From positions 10,317,035 through 10,381,034 of the forward strand of contig OZ316899.1 in assembly GCA_973895155.1 (NCBI GenBank): DNA of 64,000 nt, in the 5' to 3' direction. The stretch comes from Marsupella aquatica. Lineage: Eukaryota > Plantae > Marchantiophyta. This document shows, piece after piece, positions 35,807 to 49,015 of the stretch; the first letter of the stretch is position 1, and each line of letters starts with the position of its first letter. A program made the position numbers and the translations under genes. Below the pieces are notes generated by a model, which saw nothing but the letters and a program-made list of their open reading frames with translations, did no database searches and was not told where the DNA came from.

Positions 35807-36199
35807 CTCTTGTAGTGCATCAACCGATTGGTTCCTCCTGCCTGTGATAGACCAAGCCCTTTGCGCCCGGGGGGTACTAACCACTCCGCAGGTCCAGGTC
35901 AGAGCGTGCCAATGGGCCGTCTCTAGATCTGTTATACAAATCCGAGGCGGACCGCCATAACGCGCCCTTAATCCAGCGGTACGTCAGGTGAAGCACCGCC
36001 AGCTCAAACACGAATCCCCATTATTACTAAATCCTGTCTTAAACATCATGACTAGCTAATTTGTGTCTTTATACTAATAACGACAGGCTACAAAGTCTAC
36101 TTCCAATGTACGTAACACGGGTTGAGCCATATTACTCATTACCAGCCGTGCGGGCGGCATCACATAGCTCCCTACTTAACTGTGAAATGTCCTCGCAAA

Positions 36200-39100
36200 C
36201 ATTGCTATTGGTGGTAACATCTTGATGATGGTACTTTTTCACATGATCATAACTAACTTGTGTGGGAAATAAGTCTCCAGCGTACGTTGCAAGCTCAATG
36301 GATCTGTTTGGGTAAATCTGATTGACAAGGAAAGGTCCCAACTAGCGAGTATGTAGCTTCCCAAGAAATTGCATGTACCTGATATTGTACAGAAAGACAG
36401 GTTGCCTGTTGCGACGTCGATCTTCCGTAGTCGCTTGTCATGCTGCTTCTTGGAAACTGCCTGTTGCTTTGCTGCGTGTCGGGCAGCTAGTACCCGGGGC
36501 TTCTTCTAATGCTTCAATCTGGTAAGCTCTGTCCGAAGAACTATCGGCCTTGGATAAGCGATCCCAAATACTCACCCGTGGCGTGTGAATTTCAAACTCG
36601 ACCGGAACCAACAAGTGTTGTCCGAACACGAGAAAGTACGGATTGTGACTGGTAGTAGTCTTGTAAACCAAGTTGTACGAGTACACAACAGCGTATAACT
36701 TGTCATCCCAATGTGTTTTGTGTGCGGCTACTGTTTTGTTGAGGATTTTCCCAATGATCCCATTTGCCCTCTCTGTTAGTCCGTTGGCTTTTGGATGGTA
36801 AGGGGTGGTCTTGCGGTGCTTGACTAGGTACCATTCCGTGAGGCGCTCTACGGTTTCATATGAAATGCGTTCCCTGATTGCTGACTAACTCCAAGGGTGG
36901 CCCGAAGCGGGTGAAGATTTGTTCATACAAGAACTTGGCGCTGGTAGTGGCATCATCCTTTACCGTAGCACAAGCTTCCACCCACTTGGTGGAATAGTCT
37001 ATGGCTAGCAGGATGTACTTGCACTTGCATCTTCGCGTAACTGGAGTGAAGGGCCCAATGTAATCAATGCCCCATTTCTTGAATGGTGCTAGTGGAAGTA
37101 CGGAAGTGAGTGGGTGGTTGTGGGCTTTCCTTGGGGCGCCAGCCCGTTGGCATAAATCGCACCCTTTGATAAAGCGTTGTACATCCCGATGTAACGTAGG
37201 CCACCAATACCCCAAATCCAAGATCTTACAAGCAGTAGTGATGGCCGCAAAATGGCCTCCGGCTTCCTCTTTGTGTAGGGCCTACATAACAATGAGCGTT
37301 TCCTTGTATTCCAGGCAACACCGTAGCTTCCCATTAACTCCTTTGTGCAAGTGGCCCTGTATCATCATATACAGCCCGGCCTTATGTAAGAACACAACAA
37401 CGGCCTCCTGATTAATTCCATCAAGGATGCAGCCCATAAGGACGAACGTACCATGTGGGTGTGCCTGCCCCTACGTGGAATAATTCCTCATCAGGAAAGG
37501 TATGGTTAATAGGCTGATCAACAGGTATGCCGTCCAATTGTGAAAAGAAATCGACATTGAGGTGTGCCTTCCCTGGCCAAACCCATACCTTGTAGTTAAA
37601 CTCCTGTAAGAGCGATACCCACCTGGCTATCCGTCTCGTGACATCTGCTTTGTTCACCATATACTTTAAACTATCATGATCCGTATGAAATATGACTTTG
37701 TATCCAAGCAGGTAGTGTCAGAACTTCTTACACAAATAGATAATGCCTAGAGCCTCTCGATTGGTAGGGGAGTAATTTTTCTTGGCCATAAATAGCTGAC
37801 GGCTAGCAAAATAGATGGGGTGGTCGCGACCGTCCTCGTCAAGCTGGCTTAGTACGGACCCAATGTAAAACCCCAAACGTCAACGTACACATGGAATTCT
37901 TTATTCCAATCTGGGGTTACCATGATAGGTGCCATGGTGAGTCGGCGTCGGAGTTCTTCAAAGGCTATGCGCCTCCGGGGCGTTTCTTCAATCACCGCAT
38001 CCTTCTTCATCATCTCGGTTAGGGATAACGCAATTTTAGCAAAATCTTTGATGAATCGGCGATAGTACCCTACGCAGCCCAGGAATGACTGTACTGCTTT
38101 TTGATCCACAGGGAACACTACTACCATCCGGGCCGCAACCTTCTCATGGTCTACCTTGATACCCCATTTAGACACATGATGCTCGAGTAACACCCCCTCC
38201 TCTACCCCGAAAAAGCATTTAGCCGGATGTAGCTTTGAATTCACTTCTCTGCATCGTTGTAGGGTACGGCATAAATGTTTGGGGTGCATGGCGATGGTTC
38301 CAAAGATGGCAAAGTCATCAATAAATATTTCCAAGAATTCCCGTAGGAAGTCATGGAAGATATTCATCATGAGTCTCTGGAACATGGCCGGGGCATTACA
38401 CAGTCCAAACGGCATTCTGAAAAATGCGAACATCCCCCACTCCGTGGTGAACGTTGTTTTAAGCTGATCCGAGAGTCGGATCCAGATTTGATTGTAGCCC
38501 AAATATCCATCGAGGAACGTATAGATTTCATTACGGGCTACCATATCTAGAACCATATACGTGAATGGTAACGGGTAGTGATCCTTCCGGGTGGCGTCAT
38601 TTTGTTTATGATAGTCCTGGTAGATGCAAATTTTGAGCTTTTCGTCCGTACCCCCTTCTTCGGCACGATGACAATGGGAGACACCCAGTCACTGGTCATT
38701 ATTGGGTAGATGATATACGCGGCTAGAAGACAATCAATCTCCTCCTTCACCAAGATGGAGTACCTTGGGTTCATGCAACATTGCCGCTGCGGTACGGCGT
38801 GAGCTCCCAAGTTTAAATTGATCGTATGTTCTCCCAACTTGGGGAAGACTCCCGTCAAATTGTGATGGCTCCATGGAAACACATCTTCATACTCCTTGAG
38901 CAGTGCTTGAATGGATTTTTCCGCATCTCCCTTCAGAGCATGGCCTAAGTTGAAAGACTTATCCATCCCAATGGTGTACTTCCGGTAGTGTTCCTTCCTT
39001 ATGACCCCCACTTGATTACGCAAGCTAGGGTCCAGACTTGCATCTAGCTTGGCTAACCAAACTCCTCCGTACATTGGTGGAACCGGAATTGGCTTTGGAA

Positions 39101-39870
39101 TTGGGGTTGCGTCCTCTTGTGGCGGAATGGACGGATCCCAGGAGACTCGTTTCTTATGCTTTGGCATTGGGGTTTCAGGTTTGGGCAATGCTTTGGCAGG
39201 TTCCGGGTCAGTAGGGTCAACATTGGCTCCTTGCTTAGCTGGAGCCGTATCCTCCATATCCTCCGAGCTGATGGCTCGTACTTGCTGTTCATCCATCCGG
39301 GTGCTAGAGAGACTTGGGGTGGTCCCGTCTATAATGTCTTTTGGGTAATTTAGGAGATGCATCTCCCACGTTGCCTTTATTTCAAAAGCTTCTTCCTTGG
39401 AAAGGGACAAAATGAGCTTAATCATATTGAGCTCTCCTTCCTCCAAGGTCTATGAATCATACTCCTCGGGTCCCTGTGGAGTCTCGCCCTGATAATCGTC
39501 CACCGCCCATGATACTCGTACTGTGGGTGTCTTGAATTGTAGCTCCTTCTTGCCTTAGTCCGTGACTACGTGGCCACCGTATAGCCACGGCCTTCCCAAG
39601 AGGACCGGGTAAGAAGATGGTCGGACCGGCCTCATGACCAAAAAGTTTAGAAAAAACTCCACACCTCCTACGAGGGTGAGAACCTTGGTGAGCGTGCCTA
39701 GGGGGAGAACTCTTGCACCATTTGCTAATCGAATAGCTCAGGCTGTGGGTTGATATGTGAGATACCCCAATTTTACAGATGTTTCTTCAGTCATAATATT
39801 GACTCATGCTCCGCCGTCCACGAGAACCATCTTGATGGTATAGCCCTTGATCTCGATCAAGATGTCGGTG
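36200..39870 (-). pseudogene. pol: pol: protease, RT, RNase H, integrase (degenerate)
   Basis: LVDGGA protease motif near 39820; WVSPIVIVPKK, FIDDF; IYFASRQL/IARWVSLLQEF; CDLCQR, WGIDYIGP, LVSNQGTHF, GPF motif. Confidence 0.93.
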
Positions 39871-39989
39871 CCCCCAGGTCTTCGCAGATCATATTACAAT
39901 TTGCAACACCTACACGTGGTAGCCGTCTTCTCCATCGGCCCGTGAGCAACTCTCTCAGTTGTTGTCGGTATTGGGGATTATTCGAGAGT

Positions 39990-42099
39990 AGTTGTCCTAC
40001 TGTTGTTGTGACTGGGCAATTCTTCACATCTTGCCAAATGTCGTATTCCTCCTTCTTTTCTTCCTTTGGCTGCTGCTTTGCTTCCGCTTCCCGCTTCTCC
40101 TACTCTTCTTGTTGAGTGGCCTTATCAAAGGTCTTTATCGATTGCTTTCTGGTACTCTCGTGCTTTGTATGCTTCCAACTGTTTCTTTACCAACTCTTTG
40201 ATGCGAGGATAGAATAGCTTTGGGTCATCCTGACGGTAGTCGTCGTCCTCCTCTGGGGGTATTCTACCGTTGGCTGCCCTGGCGTGGTATCTTGCTTCCG
40301 TCGGCGTTTCTCTTCCTGTTTCTCTTGCTTTCATTTGGATCTGGTTGACACTTGGTAACATTCAGCCTCATTTGATGGATTGGGGTGTTCCGTTACATTG
40401 ACCAAGTTGACCCACTCGGTGGTATCATCTTCCCACTCTATTGCTATCATTTGAACAACCGCATCATTTGGAGCTCGACCACCTGGGGCCTGCCTAGCTG
40501 CACTTGCACGTGCTGCTATTACCAACGGGCAATTAGCTGTGGAATGAGCCTCCGTTTTGCAAACTTGACACAATGGCATGCCTCTGCCGTCTCCTTGCCG
40601 TCTTTGTTCGGTGCATTCCCTCGCAAAGTGACCGGGCTTCTCATAGTTGTAACAAACTGGGGATTGCCAAATCCCTGGCTTCAGAGGAATGCTCGGGTTA
40701 CTTATAACTTGTAAGCCCCTACCATTCAAGTATGGATACGCAATTATGCCAGCCAGATTTCAAGGATCCATCGTGGAGATCTGATACACGGAGTCTGGGG
40801 GATCTTCAAAGAAGTACTCCGTGGACTCCGGTTCTGGCCCCGGGCTGTTGACATCGTCCAATTCCACCTGATGGACTCAATTCTTCCATCTCGGGCATTC
40901 TTACACGACATGCCCCAATTGGAAGCACTTGGAGCACCACGCATGCGCTCGGGTTTTGGACGACTTCTTCTTTCCACAGGCTTCTCCGCAAGATGTACCA
41001 ACAATGCTTTGAGGCAATCAATGATTTTGTTGAGCTTGTATGTTTCAGCAGCCTTGGGATCTGGTAGCGTTCTTCAAACATGGGGCTTGACTTTCTCCTC
41101 CTTAGCGCGTCGTTTCTTCTTCTTGCTCCGCGTCTCGCTCTCCAAATCACTACCCAATGAGATTGAGGTGGAGGAGCCACTGGTCGAAGTTGAATCCAAA
41201 CTAGATCCCATCTCTGAACTGGACGAGGTTGAACAATGTTTCTTCTTCTTCTTGCGCTTCTTCTTCTTCCCATCGTCTGTTTCAGAGTCAATGTCACTGA
41301 AGTTCTGGTACTTGCTCTTCTTATGTCGTGCCCATTGGCTTTGTCGGGAGTTATAGGCGGACTCCCTATATGTTTCGGCGCATGCAATGGCTGCTTGCAT
41401 TGAAATTGGGTTATTCTGGCGTACCCAAAATTGCATATCCGTGGGCAATCCATGTAGAAACCACGTAAGCTGGAGCGCATTGCCTGGTCTGGGCCGGATC
41501 TTGGCAGTGAGTTTCTGGAACTTTTGAATGAATTTTTGCAAGGACTCCTTCCCCATGCAAAGCTGACCAATCTTCAACAAGGAACGCTACTCCGCTCCAA
41601 TGGCACGAAACTCTTGTAACAACGTGGCCTGGAATTGTGGCCATGTGATTCCGGGCTGTAGCGAGTTGTACCATGGATGAGCTTCTCCCCGCATTACTCC
41701 GGGGAGAATTGTCAACTTAATGGCGTCCTCTTTGTTGGCCTTAGTAGTGGCTTCAAACTCATCCAACCATTCATTCGGATCGTCCCCATGACGTCCTTTG
41801 AAAGGTCGGTAATGAAACCATGACTACTGTGATACTTGTGGGGGAGCTTGGGCTGCACAAGCCACAGCCGGAGGGGTTGCCGCCATGGGTACCGGTGGTG
41901 GAGGTGGCGCTGGCAGTGGTGCAGCAAAGGCTGGACCAGGACCTGCTGGACCGGATCCCAAAGGTACTGGTGGTATGTTCATCCGTTGAGGCGATTGTGA
42001 GTCCTCCAAGTCTGAAGATTTGGAGCTTGTTGTGGTTGCACTCTCTTGTTTGCTTGTCAATCTCCTTAAGTAAGCCACTTGAGAATGAGTGACGGGCAT
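39990..42099 (-). pseudogene. gag: Gag of family B with Lys/Ser-rich linker and zinc knuckles (degenerate)
   Basis: MPVTHSQ start, FKGRHGDDPNEWL, CYNYEKPGHFAREC, CQVCKTEAHSTANC; several frameshifts. Confidence 0.85.
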
Positions 42100-42200
42100 C
42101 TACTCTTATAAATGTAATGGTTAGCAACTATCTGGGGCCCAAGGTCCGGTGATCAGGTACATACGCACATGTCTCCATTCTACTATACTTAGAATGCCCC

Positions 42201-42215
42201 CTCCATCTAGCGCCA
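42201..42215 (-). other. PBS of family B
   Basis: TGGCGCTAGATGGAG, 13 nt downstream of the 5' LTR end. Confidence 0.7.
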
Positions 42216-42274
42216 AAAACAAAGGGTATGTCACGCCAAAAGCTTTGTCCTTACACAAATTTTGGCTTGGATGG

Positions 42275-43106
42275 TGTCGTGCCGAAAGATTTCGGCTCAG
42301 GAATGGCTTTTATAGGGGATGATGAGTGAGGCCTCCCGGTTGGGTTGCGTGCATGCTGACTCGGAGGGGCTACTTGGTTGGATGGATTGAGGTTTGGCGA
42401 TTGGGTGACTCGTCATCACCAGGTTTGGTGTTTGGGTGAGTCACCAGGCTTGGAGTTTGGATGAGCCTCGCTGCTGTCAGCTGGCTCAGGCTGGATGGTT
42501 GGGTTTCCAATACTACTTAAGACTTGAGCCTCGGCTCATTGAGGTTGGCGGTTGTCTATTGAGATCTGTTGAGTTGCGTTCTGTGAGTTCCGCTCTGTTC
42601 TGCAGAACTCGACTGTTGTGCGGCGGTTTTGGAGTTCTGAGTGAGTTTTTGATCCAGGCGGGGAATTTCTCGAGTCTAGAGTCTCGTTGATCTAGGAGGG
42701 GATTTCTCGAGTTTGGAGTCTTGTCGATCCAGGCAAGGATTTCTTGAGTTTGGAGCCTCGTTGGTCCAGGCCCGAGTTCCGTGCGAGCTGTTTTAGACTA
42801 GTGGAGTAGCTAGTAGTGTTTTGGTTTTGTGAGATAAGGAGGATAGTTCTTCCGTCAGATTTTGAGTAGTTAGTCACTCAAGGAGTTCTACCCGGCAAGT
42901 TAGAGGTAGCGGCCCACCGTAGGGCCAGCTACCAGACTCTTGCGGGCAAGCTTACTCAAGGGCACCTATTGTAACCTTTGTGAGAAAAGTTTAAAAATAT
43001 ATAAAGGAGTGAGAGTTTGCTCCAAAAAGTGCTTGTCACCTGTCTCGATTGCAGCCAGAAATGCGTAGTTTGCCCGAGGAGCCCCTAACTTTAAGTCCTT
43101 GCAACA
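42275..43106 (+). repeat. 5' LTR of family E (832 bp) with internal ~37-bp tandem repeats
   Basis: TG...CA; highly similar to 49016-49616; GATCCAGGC...GAGTCTCGTT units at approx. 42650-42775. Confidence 0.92.
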
Positions 43107-43147
43107 TTGGCGACCATACTGGGGATTCCTTGGGGCGATTGGATGAG

Positions 43148-45564
43148 ATGGGTGACTATGACAAAGTCGATCGGATATCGAGCATCCTCATGTCGATGAT
43201 GAGAACCATAAGGAAGGAAGAGCTTGAGTCGGAAAGGGTGAACAGGGAAGCAAATAGAACTACTCGGTGTCTCCAAGAGGTTCTAAAAGAGAATGGGCAG
43301 TTCGATAGGAGAAATGTGACAAGCTACCTTAAGTCTTACTTGACAAAAGCAGCTGTCTACAAGTTGGACGAAGGGACGGCCGTGAAAGAGTTCATGGTGC
43401 TGGTTGAGAAGGAGTTGAGTTTGACGGTGTGGACCATCGTTGAGTCAGCTGAGGGCTGGGATGACTTCAACCAGAAGATGAAAGAGGAGTTGTAAGCGGA
43501 GGATGCTGACCGGGTCACGCAGGCTACCTTCTTGGATTGGGTGAATGACAGGAACAAGAAGCTGAAGGGGCCGCAAGAGCTCCTAAGGGAGTTCAAGAGA
43601 AGGGTGTCTCAGTTACCCAAGCGAGATGTGGGAATCATCGAGTTGCAGTGCTCGATGCTCTTCTTGAGGGCAGCTGATGAGGACCTTCGAGAGGAGCTTG
43701 AGAACGCGATGGAGCTGCTGGAACCTTCAAGAGTTACCTTGTCTAACACCTGGGACCAAGTTGAGAAAGTGGTGTCGAAAGTGAGCAATCGACACCGGCG
43801 GCGAGAGCTAGACAAGGAGGCTACCACTCTCGACCTAAGGCCGCCGGAACCGATATTGAGGAAAGGGAAGCGAGAACCAGTGAAGGATGAGATCAAACCA
43901 TCGGTGGATGATCTCGCAGAAATGATGCAGAACCTGAAGATCTTGGCGGCACATGCGGTCGAGAATCCGAAACCGAGGGTTGCGAGTGCTCCCAAGAGGA
44001 AGCGAGAGATGTAGAGTTGGCCATGCATGTGGTGCGATAGCAAAGAGCATGACAAACGGGAGTGCCTGGACCTGAGGGAAGCTACGGATAAAGGGCTGAT
44101 CAAGTTTGTCGGTGAAGTTGGTCAGAAAAAGATATCGTTTGCCGATACTGAGGAGCCAATTCCATTCAACTCCAACAAGGAAGGCATGAAGGCTTTGGCT
44201 GAGAAGCGAGCTGGGAAGCGAGTCAAAGAGGCGTCCTCTTCGCACCTGGAAGCGAATGTTTACAATGTGGAGTTGGATGGCCCCGTGATGGAAACGGACA
44301 AGTTTTACAAGCGCTTGGCGGATCTGGTGCGAGAGAGATCCGGCCGGTGCTGATCAATGCGATGACGATTGAGGTTGGGGCTAGTTGGGATGCCTTGGTC
44401 GAGTCAAAAAGGAAGAAAACCGACGAGGATGACACTCCATCTCAATCAAGGGAACGAGAGAGGCGAGATACTCGAGACAAGGAAAGGAGGGTTAGGTTCA
44501 AAGAAGAGGAAATGAGCGAGAAAGAGCCAGAGAAAGGGAAACCGATAAGGAAGGACCCGGGCTGGGTGCTTGGCAGGGACGTGGACCAGGCCATGTACTC
44601 GGAGGTTGTAGTTGAGAAGTTCTGGAGCCAATAGGCTCAAGGGTTTACCAACGCCGAGTTCTTTGGCAGTATGAGGCGGGAGATCTAGGAAGCGATCTTG
44701 GAGAGATCCAAGAGGAAATGGATTTACAAAGAGGGCCCTCACACCTTGATGGGGGAGGCTGGCAAGATGGAAATTGGGAGTTTCCAAACTTACACTGCTG
44801 GGGTGTCCATGGGTTCAGGTAGTAAGCTTGCTGGCCCCGAAGAGTCAGACTTGGGGGAACCGAAGAGGGTCAAGTCCCTTGAAGAGGAGCTCATGAACTT
44901 GGACGATGAGTTCTTCGATGCAGAAGAGGAGCTCATGGGAACCGGAAGCAAAGCTGAGTCTGTGGCAAACAGGGACCCGACCGAAGGGGGAGAACGGGAA
45001 AGCATTACCGCGCAGTCAAGGACCATTCATGTCATGGGCTCAATGAAAGGAAACGGTTATGCTTACCGAGACGGATACTGGGCTCGAGCAAGTCCAGAGA
45101 GCGAGTGCCAGTTGGAAGGAATGGAAGGCAAGGTGCGGACGCTCATTGATACTGGCTCGAAGATCAACTTGATGGATCCAAAGGTGTTTCAAAAGGGGAA
45201 TTGGCCGGTGGACAATGAGTTGCTTTGGAGTGTGAACTTGGTGAGTTCAATGAAGGACTATCTTTGGGGCGGATGTCCAAATGTGATGGTGAAGTTCGAG
45301 AATGTCAAGCAGGCTTGTAACATTTTTGTTCATGAGCACTTGTCATTTTCGATGATACTGGGCATGCCATTCATCACTGAATGGAGGATGGAGACAAAGG
45401 TTCTGGATGATAGTACCTTCATGGTGAAGGTTTGGAGCAAAGATGGGAAAGAGGTGGTTCAATTTCCGGCTGTTTTACCTGGAAACGAGAGGAATAGGAA
45501 AGGGTTGAGGATTGAGAGTGCCGACTCTGGTCCAGGTCCGGAAAACGACTTGGCACTTCGCTAA
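43148..45564 (+). pseudogene. gag: gag-protease of family E (degenerate)
   Basis: GQFDRRNVTSYL capsid-like start, CMWCDSKEHDKREC knuckle, LIDTGSKINLM protease; in-frame stops. Confidence 0.85.
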
Positions 45565-45569
45565 AAAGA

Positions 45570-48500
45570 GTGGATCGGAGGAGTGCTCGTTCCTTAGCTC
45601 CTTGTGAAGGGGAAAACACGATGGATAATGGAGAGGAAGAGCCACTCAAATGTGCAAAGTCTAACTTGGGAAGGGACAAGCTGGAGAAGGAGTTGGAAAG
45701 GCAGTACTCGTCTATGGCCGTGCTTGTATACTCAAGTACCAAATACAAGACGGTTGACAAGAAGGTGAGGCCGGCGGCGATACCTTTGCCGGACAATGCG
45801 ATGGAGGTTATGGATTGAGCGAGATTGGAACCAAGGCTGAGGCCAACTGATTGGATAGGGCATAAGTTTACTCAAGAGAGTTTGGCGAAGCTGAAGATTG
45901 GTTCGGATGGGTTACTTACGAAGGTGGAGCAAGTGGCATTTCGAAAGATGATAATGGAGCATGGCAAGGCATTCTCGTTTTTGATTGAGGAGATTGGTTG
46001 TGCGGATCCGAGTAAGGTGACACTGATGGTCATCTTTACTGTCCCTCATGTTCCATGGGATCTGAAACCAATTTTGGTTTCGCGGGCTTTAGCTCCAAAG
46101 CTTACGGAACTGCTTAAGGAGAAGCTGAGTGCTAGGATTCTCGAGAGGTGTGATGCTCCCTACTCAAACAGATGGTTTACAGTGAGAAAGAAGAATGGAA
46201 GCTTGAAGTTCATTCAAGATATGCAACCTCCGAACAAGGTGACCATCAGGAATGTGGGAGTTGGGCCACTCGTGGATGAGTTTGCGGAGGAGTTCGCTGG
46301 GAGGACGATCTACTCCATGGGTGATTTGTTTTTGGGTTACGACCAGTTCCAGTTGGCGCAAGAGAGCTGAGACATTACGACTATGAGGACCCCGCTGGGC
46401 CTCTTGAGGATGTGCACTCTTCCTCAAGGGGCAACGAACTCAGTTGCGCACATGCAAAATGTGATGAGTAAAATCTTGGAGCCGTTCATTCTGGAAAAAG
46501 CGAGACCGTTTATTGATGATGTCCCGATAAAGGGGTGCTTGGCTGAAGGGAAGGATGAGACCTTGAGGAGTGATGGGATCCGGCAGTTTGTGTGGATCAC
46601 ATTGCGGATGTTAAGGCGGTTCTCGAGAAGCTGATTGATGTGGGAGTCACTCTTTCGGGGGAGAAGTCTGAATTCGGGATGAAAGAGGTGAAAGTTGTTG
46701 GGCAAATGTGCGGATCTTATGGAAGGAAGCCAAACATGGATAAGGTGAGAGCTATTAGCAAGATGAAGCTAGGATTGCGAATCGGTGCCAGAAGTTTGAA
46801 GGTTTCTGGGTGCTTGTGTCTTTTACAAGATCTGGATCCCTCACTTCTCGCACCTGGCGGACCCGCTCTATGAGCTATTGAGGAAAAAGGTTAAGTGGAG
46901 ATGGCTACCCGAGCATAGTGAAGCAATGGCTAAGCTTAAGAGCGCTCTCATGAGCCCGCCAGTTCTCCGAGCTGCGGACTATGAGAGCGGGCGACCACTG
47001 ATCATAACTGTTGATGCGAGTCCATCCACAGCCGGCCAGGTGGGCTGTTGGGCAAGATGACGAGAATGGGGAAAGGTATGCGATCAGATTTGGGGCGAAA
47101 TTTTTTACGGAAAGGCAAAGGAGATATGCCCAAGTTAAGAGGGAGCTTTGGGGTGCCAAGGTGGCACTCCATCAGGAGAGGAACTATTTGATTGGGGCGC
47201 CGGTGGTGGTTGAGACTGATTGCCAATCGCTGCTGGGGATGATTGCGAATTGTGACACGCCTGACATAGCGATGCTCAAGTGGATCGCTTTCATTTGGAT
47301 GTTCAACCCTGAGCTAAGTCACATTGCGGGAAAGGATAATCCGGTTGCCGACATGCTGTCAAGGGCGAGATTTGGAAATGAGGTAGCAACGAGAGTTGGC
47401 AAGGTGACCGGAACCAAAAGTGTTGGAAGTCTAGAGTTCAAGGAAGAACTCTACTCGGGAGAGTTGCTGGATATCGGGCGTTACATTAGCACTTTGGAGG
47501 AGCAACCAGAGTGGAGTTATTAGGAGTTTGTCAAGATCCAGAAGAAATCTTATAAGTTCCTATTGAGGGAGGGCTACTTGTGGCGAAGGCATAAGGACCC
47601 AAGTCAGTTGTTGCAGAGGGTTGTGGATACTAAGGATGAGAAAGACCGAATTCTCAAAGAGAGCCATGATGCTGACATGGCTGGGCACAAAGGGGTGCAT
47701 TCAACTTACGAGAGGGTTCGGAAGCTGTACTAGTGGCCAGGTTTATACTTGGCAGTTCAAGACTATGTCGAGACTTGCGAGATTTGCCAGTTTTACTTGA
47801 GGATCCGACATAGAGATGGATTGGTTCCGACTTACCCCGTGGCTCTACACTTTCAATGGGCTGTTGATGTGGTGTACATGCTGAGAGAGAGCAATGGGGC
47901 GAGATACTTGGTTTTGGCAAGAGAAGACTTGTCTTCTTATGTGGAAGGGAGAGCGTTGGTTTCAAACACTATTGCTGTCGTTTGCCAGTTCATACTTGAG
48001 GATATCATTGCAAGGCATGGGTGCTTTACAAGGATCAGAGCTGATAGGGGGGAGCTCAGCTCCAAGGAAGCGCAAGAGTTTTTCGACCAATACCGCATCA
48101 AACTGAAGCTGACTTCGAGTTACAATCCGGAACGCAATGGGAAATCTGAAAGGGGGCACATCCAGATTGTGGGCGCTTTGGCTAAGGCTTGTGATGGGGA
48201 CTTGGGCAGGTGGTCAAGTCTCCTTCCACTTGCTTTGTTAGTGGATCGGATGACTTGTAGCTCAGTGACCGGATATGTTCCGGCTGAGCTACTTACTGGG
48301 CACTTGCCGATGATGCCACTCGGGAAGATGTTTGCAGCTGGCAACTGATTGGATGGAAAGATGAAGTTTTGAGAGAGGAGTTGCTGGCTCGAAGGATCAA
48401 ACACTTCAACTTGTTACCCGTAAAGATTGAGGTGGCTCGGAAGCAATTGAAGATGGCGAGGTTAAGCAACAAGGGCAGGTTCGACAGGACTCATCGATTG

Positions 48501-48970
48501 AGGCCTGTCTTGGTTAAGGAAGGGGATTGGGTTCTGGTTTACGAAAGTAAGTTGGACGAGCAACACTTGAGCCGAAACAAGTTTGCTTGGAGGTGGCAAG
48601 GTCCGTATGTGGTGGTTGTTGTTCATGCGAATGCGACCTACACTATTCGGGAGTTGGATGGAACATGACAGTTCACCAAGTACCTTACACAGGGAAAAGG
48701 GTGAAGATCTTCAAGAGGAGGACCGAGAAGGGAATGGACTCAAGTTCCAACTTGAGTGAATTTGAAGACGAGGCACTGGTCCATGCGCATCCGTTGGACT
48801 TGAGTTTTGAAAGTGTCTTGACTGGTTCTGATTCGGACGAGTTGGACTTCGAGTTTCTGGAAAGTGGAGTGCCTAAGGCCGAGTCTGAAGGCTTTGGGTT
48901 TGAGTTTCTTGAGGAGGAAGTAGTCCAGGCGCATGGCTCAAGTTTGGACTCAGACTTAGAGGAAATCTGA
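45570..48970 (+). pseudogene. pol: RT-RNase H-integrase of family E (degenerate)
   Basis: YKTVDKKVRP, LPQGATNS, FIDDV, TVDASP, VETDC, CEICQ, IRADRGE, YNPERNGKSERGH, WQGPY. Confidence 0.92.
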
Positions 48971-49015
48971 TGGATTGGAGCAGACCGGAGGCTGCTCAGG
49001 TTTACTGGGGGAGGA

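Larger units (their letters stand above)
32236..36164 (-). repeat. 3' LTR of family B, 3929 bp
   Basis: Begins TGTGATGCC directly after the purine tract AAGTAGGGAGCTA (36165-36177) and ends GGCGTGACA, the same end as the 5' LTR at 42229. Confidence 0.85.
32236..42274 (-). mobile_element. Non-chromovirus Ty3/Gypsy retrotransposon (family B) with giant coding LTR; 5' LTR interrupted after 46 bp
   Basis: TGTCACGCC... repeated at 32236 and 42229; PBS, gag, PR-RT-RH-INT order, PPT; no chromodomain or extra RNase H seen. Confidence 0.92.
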
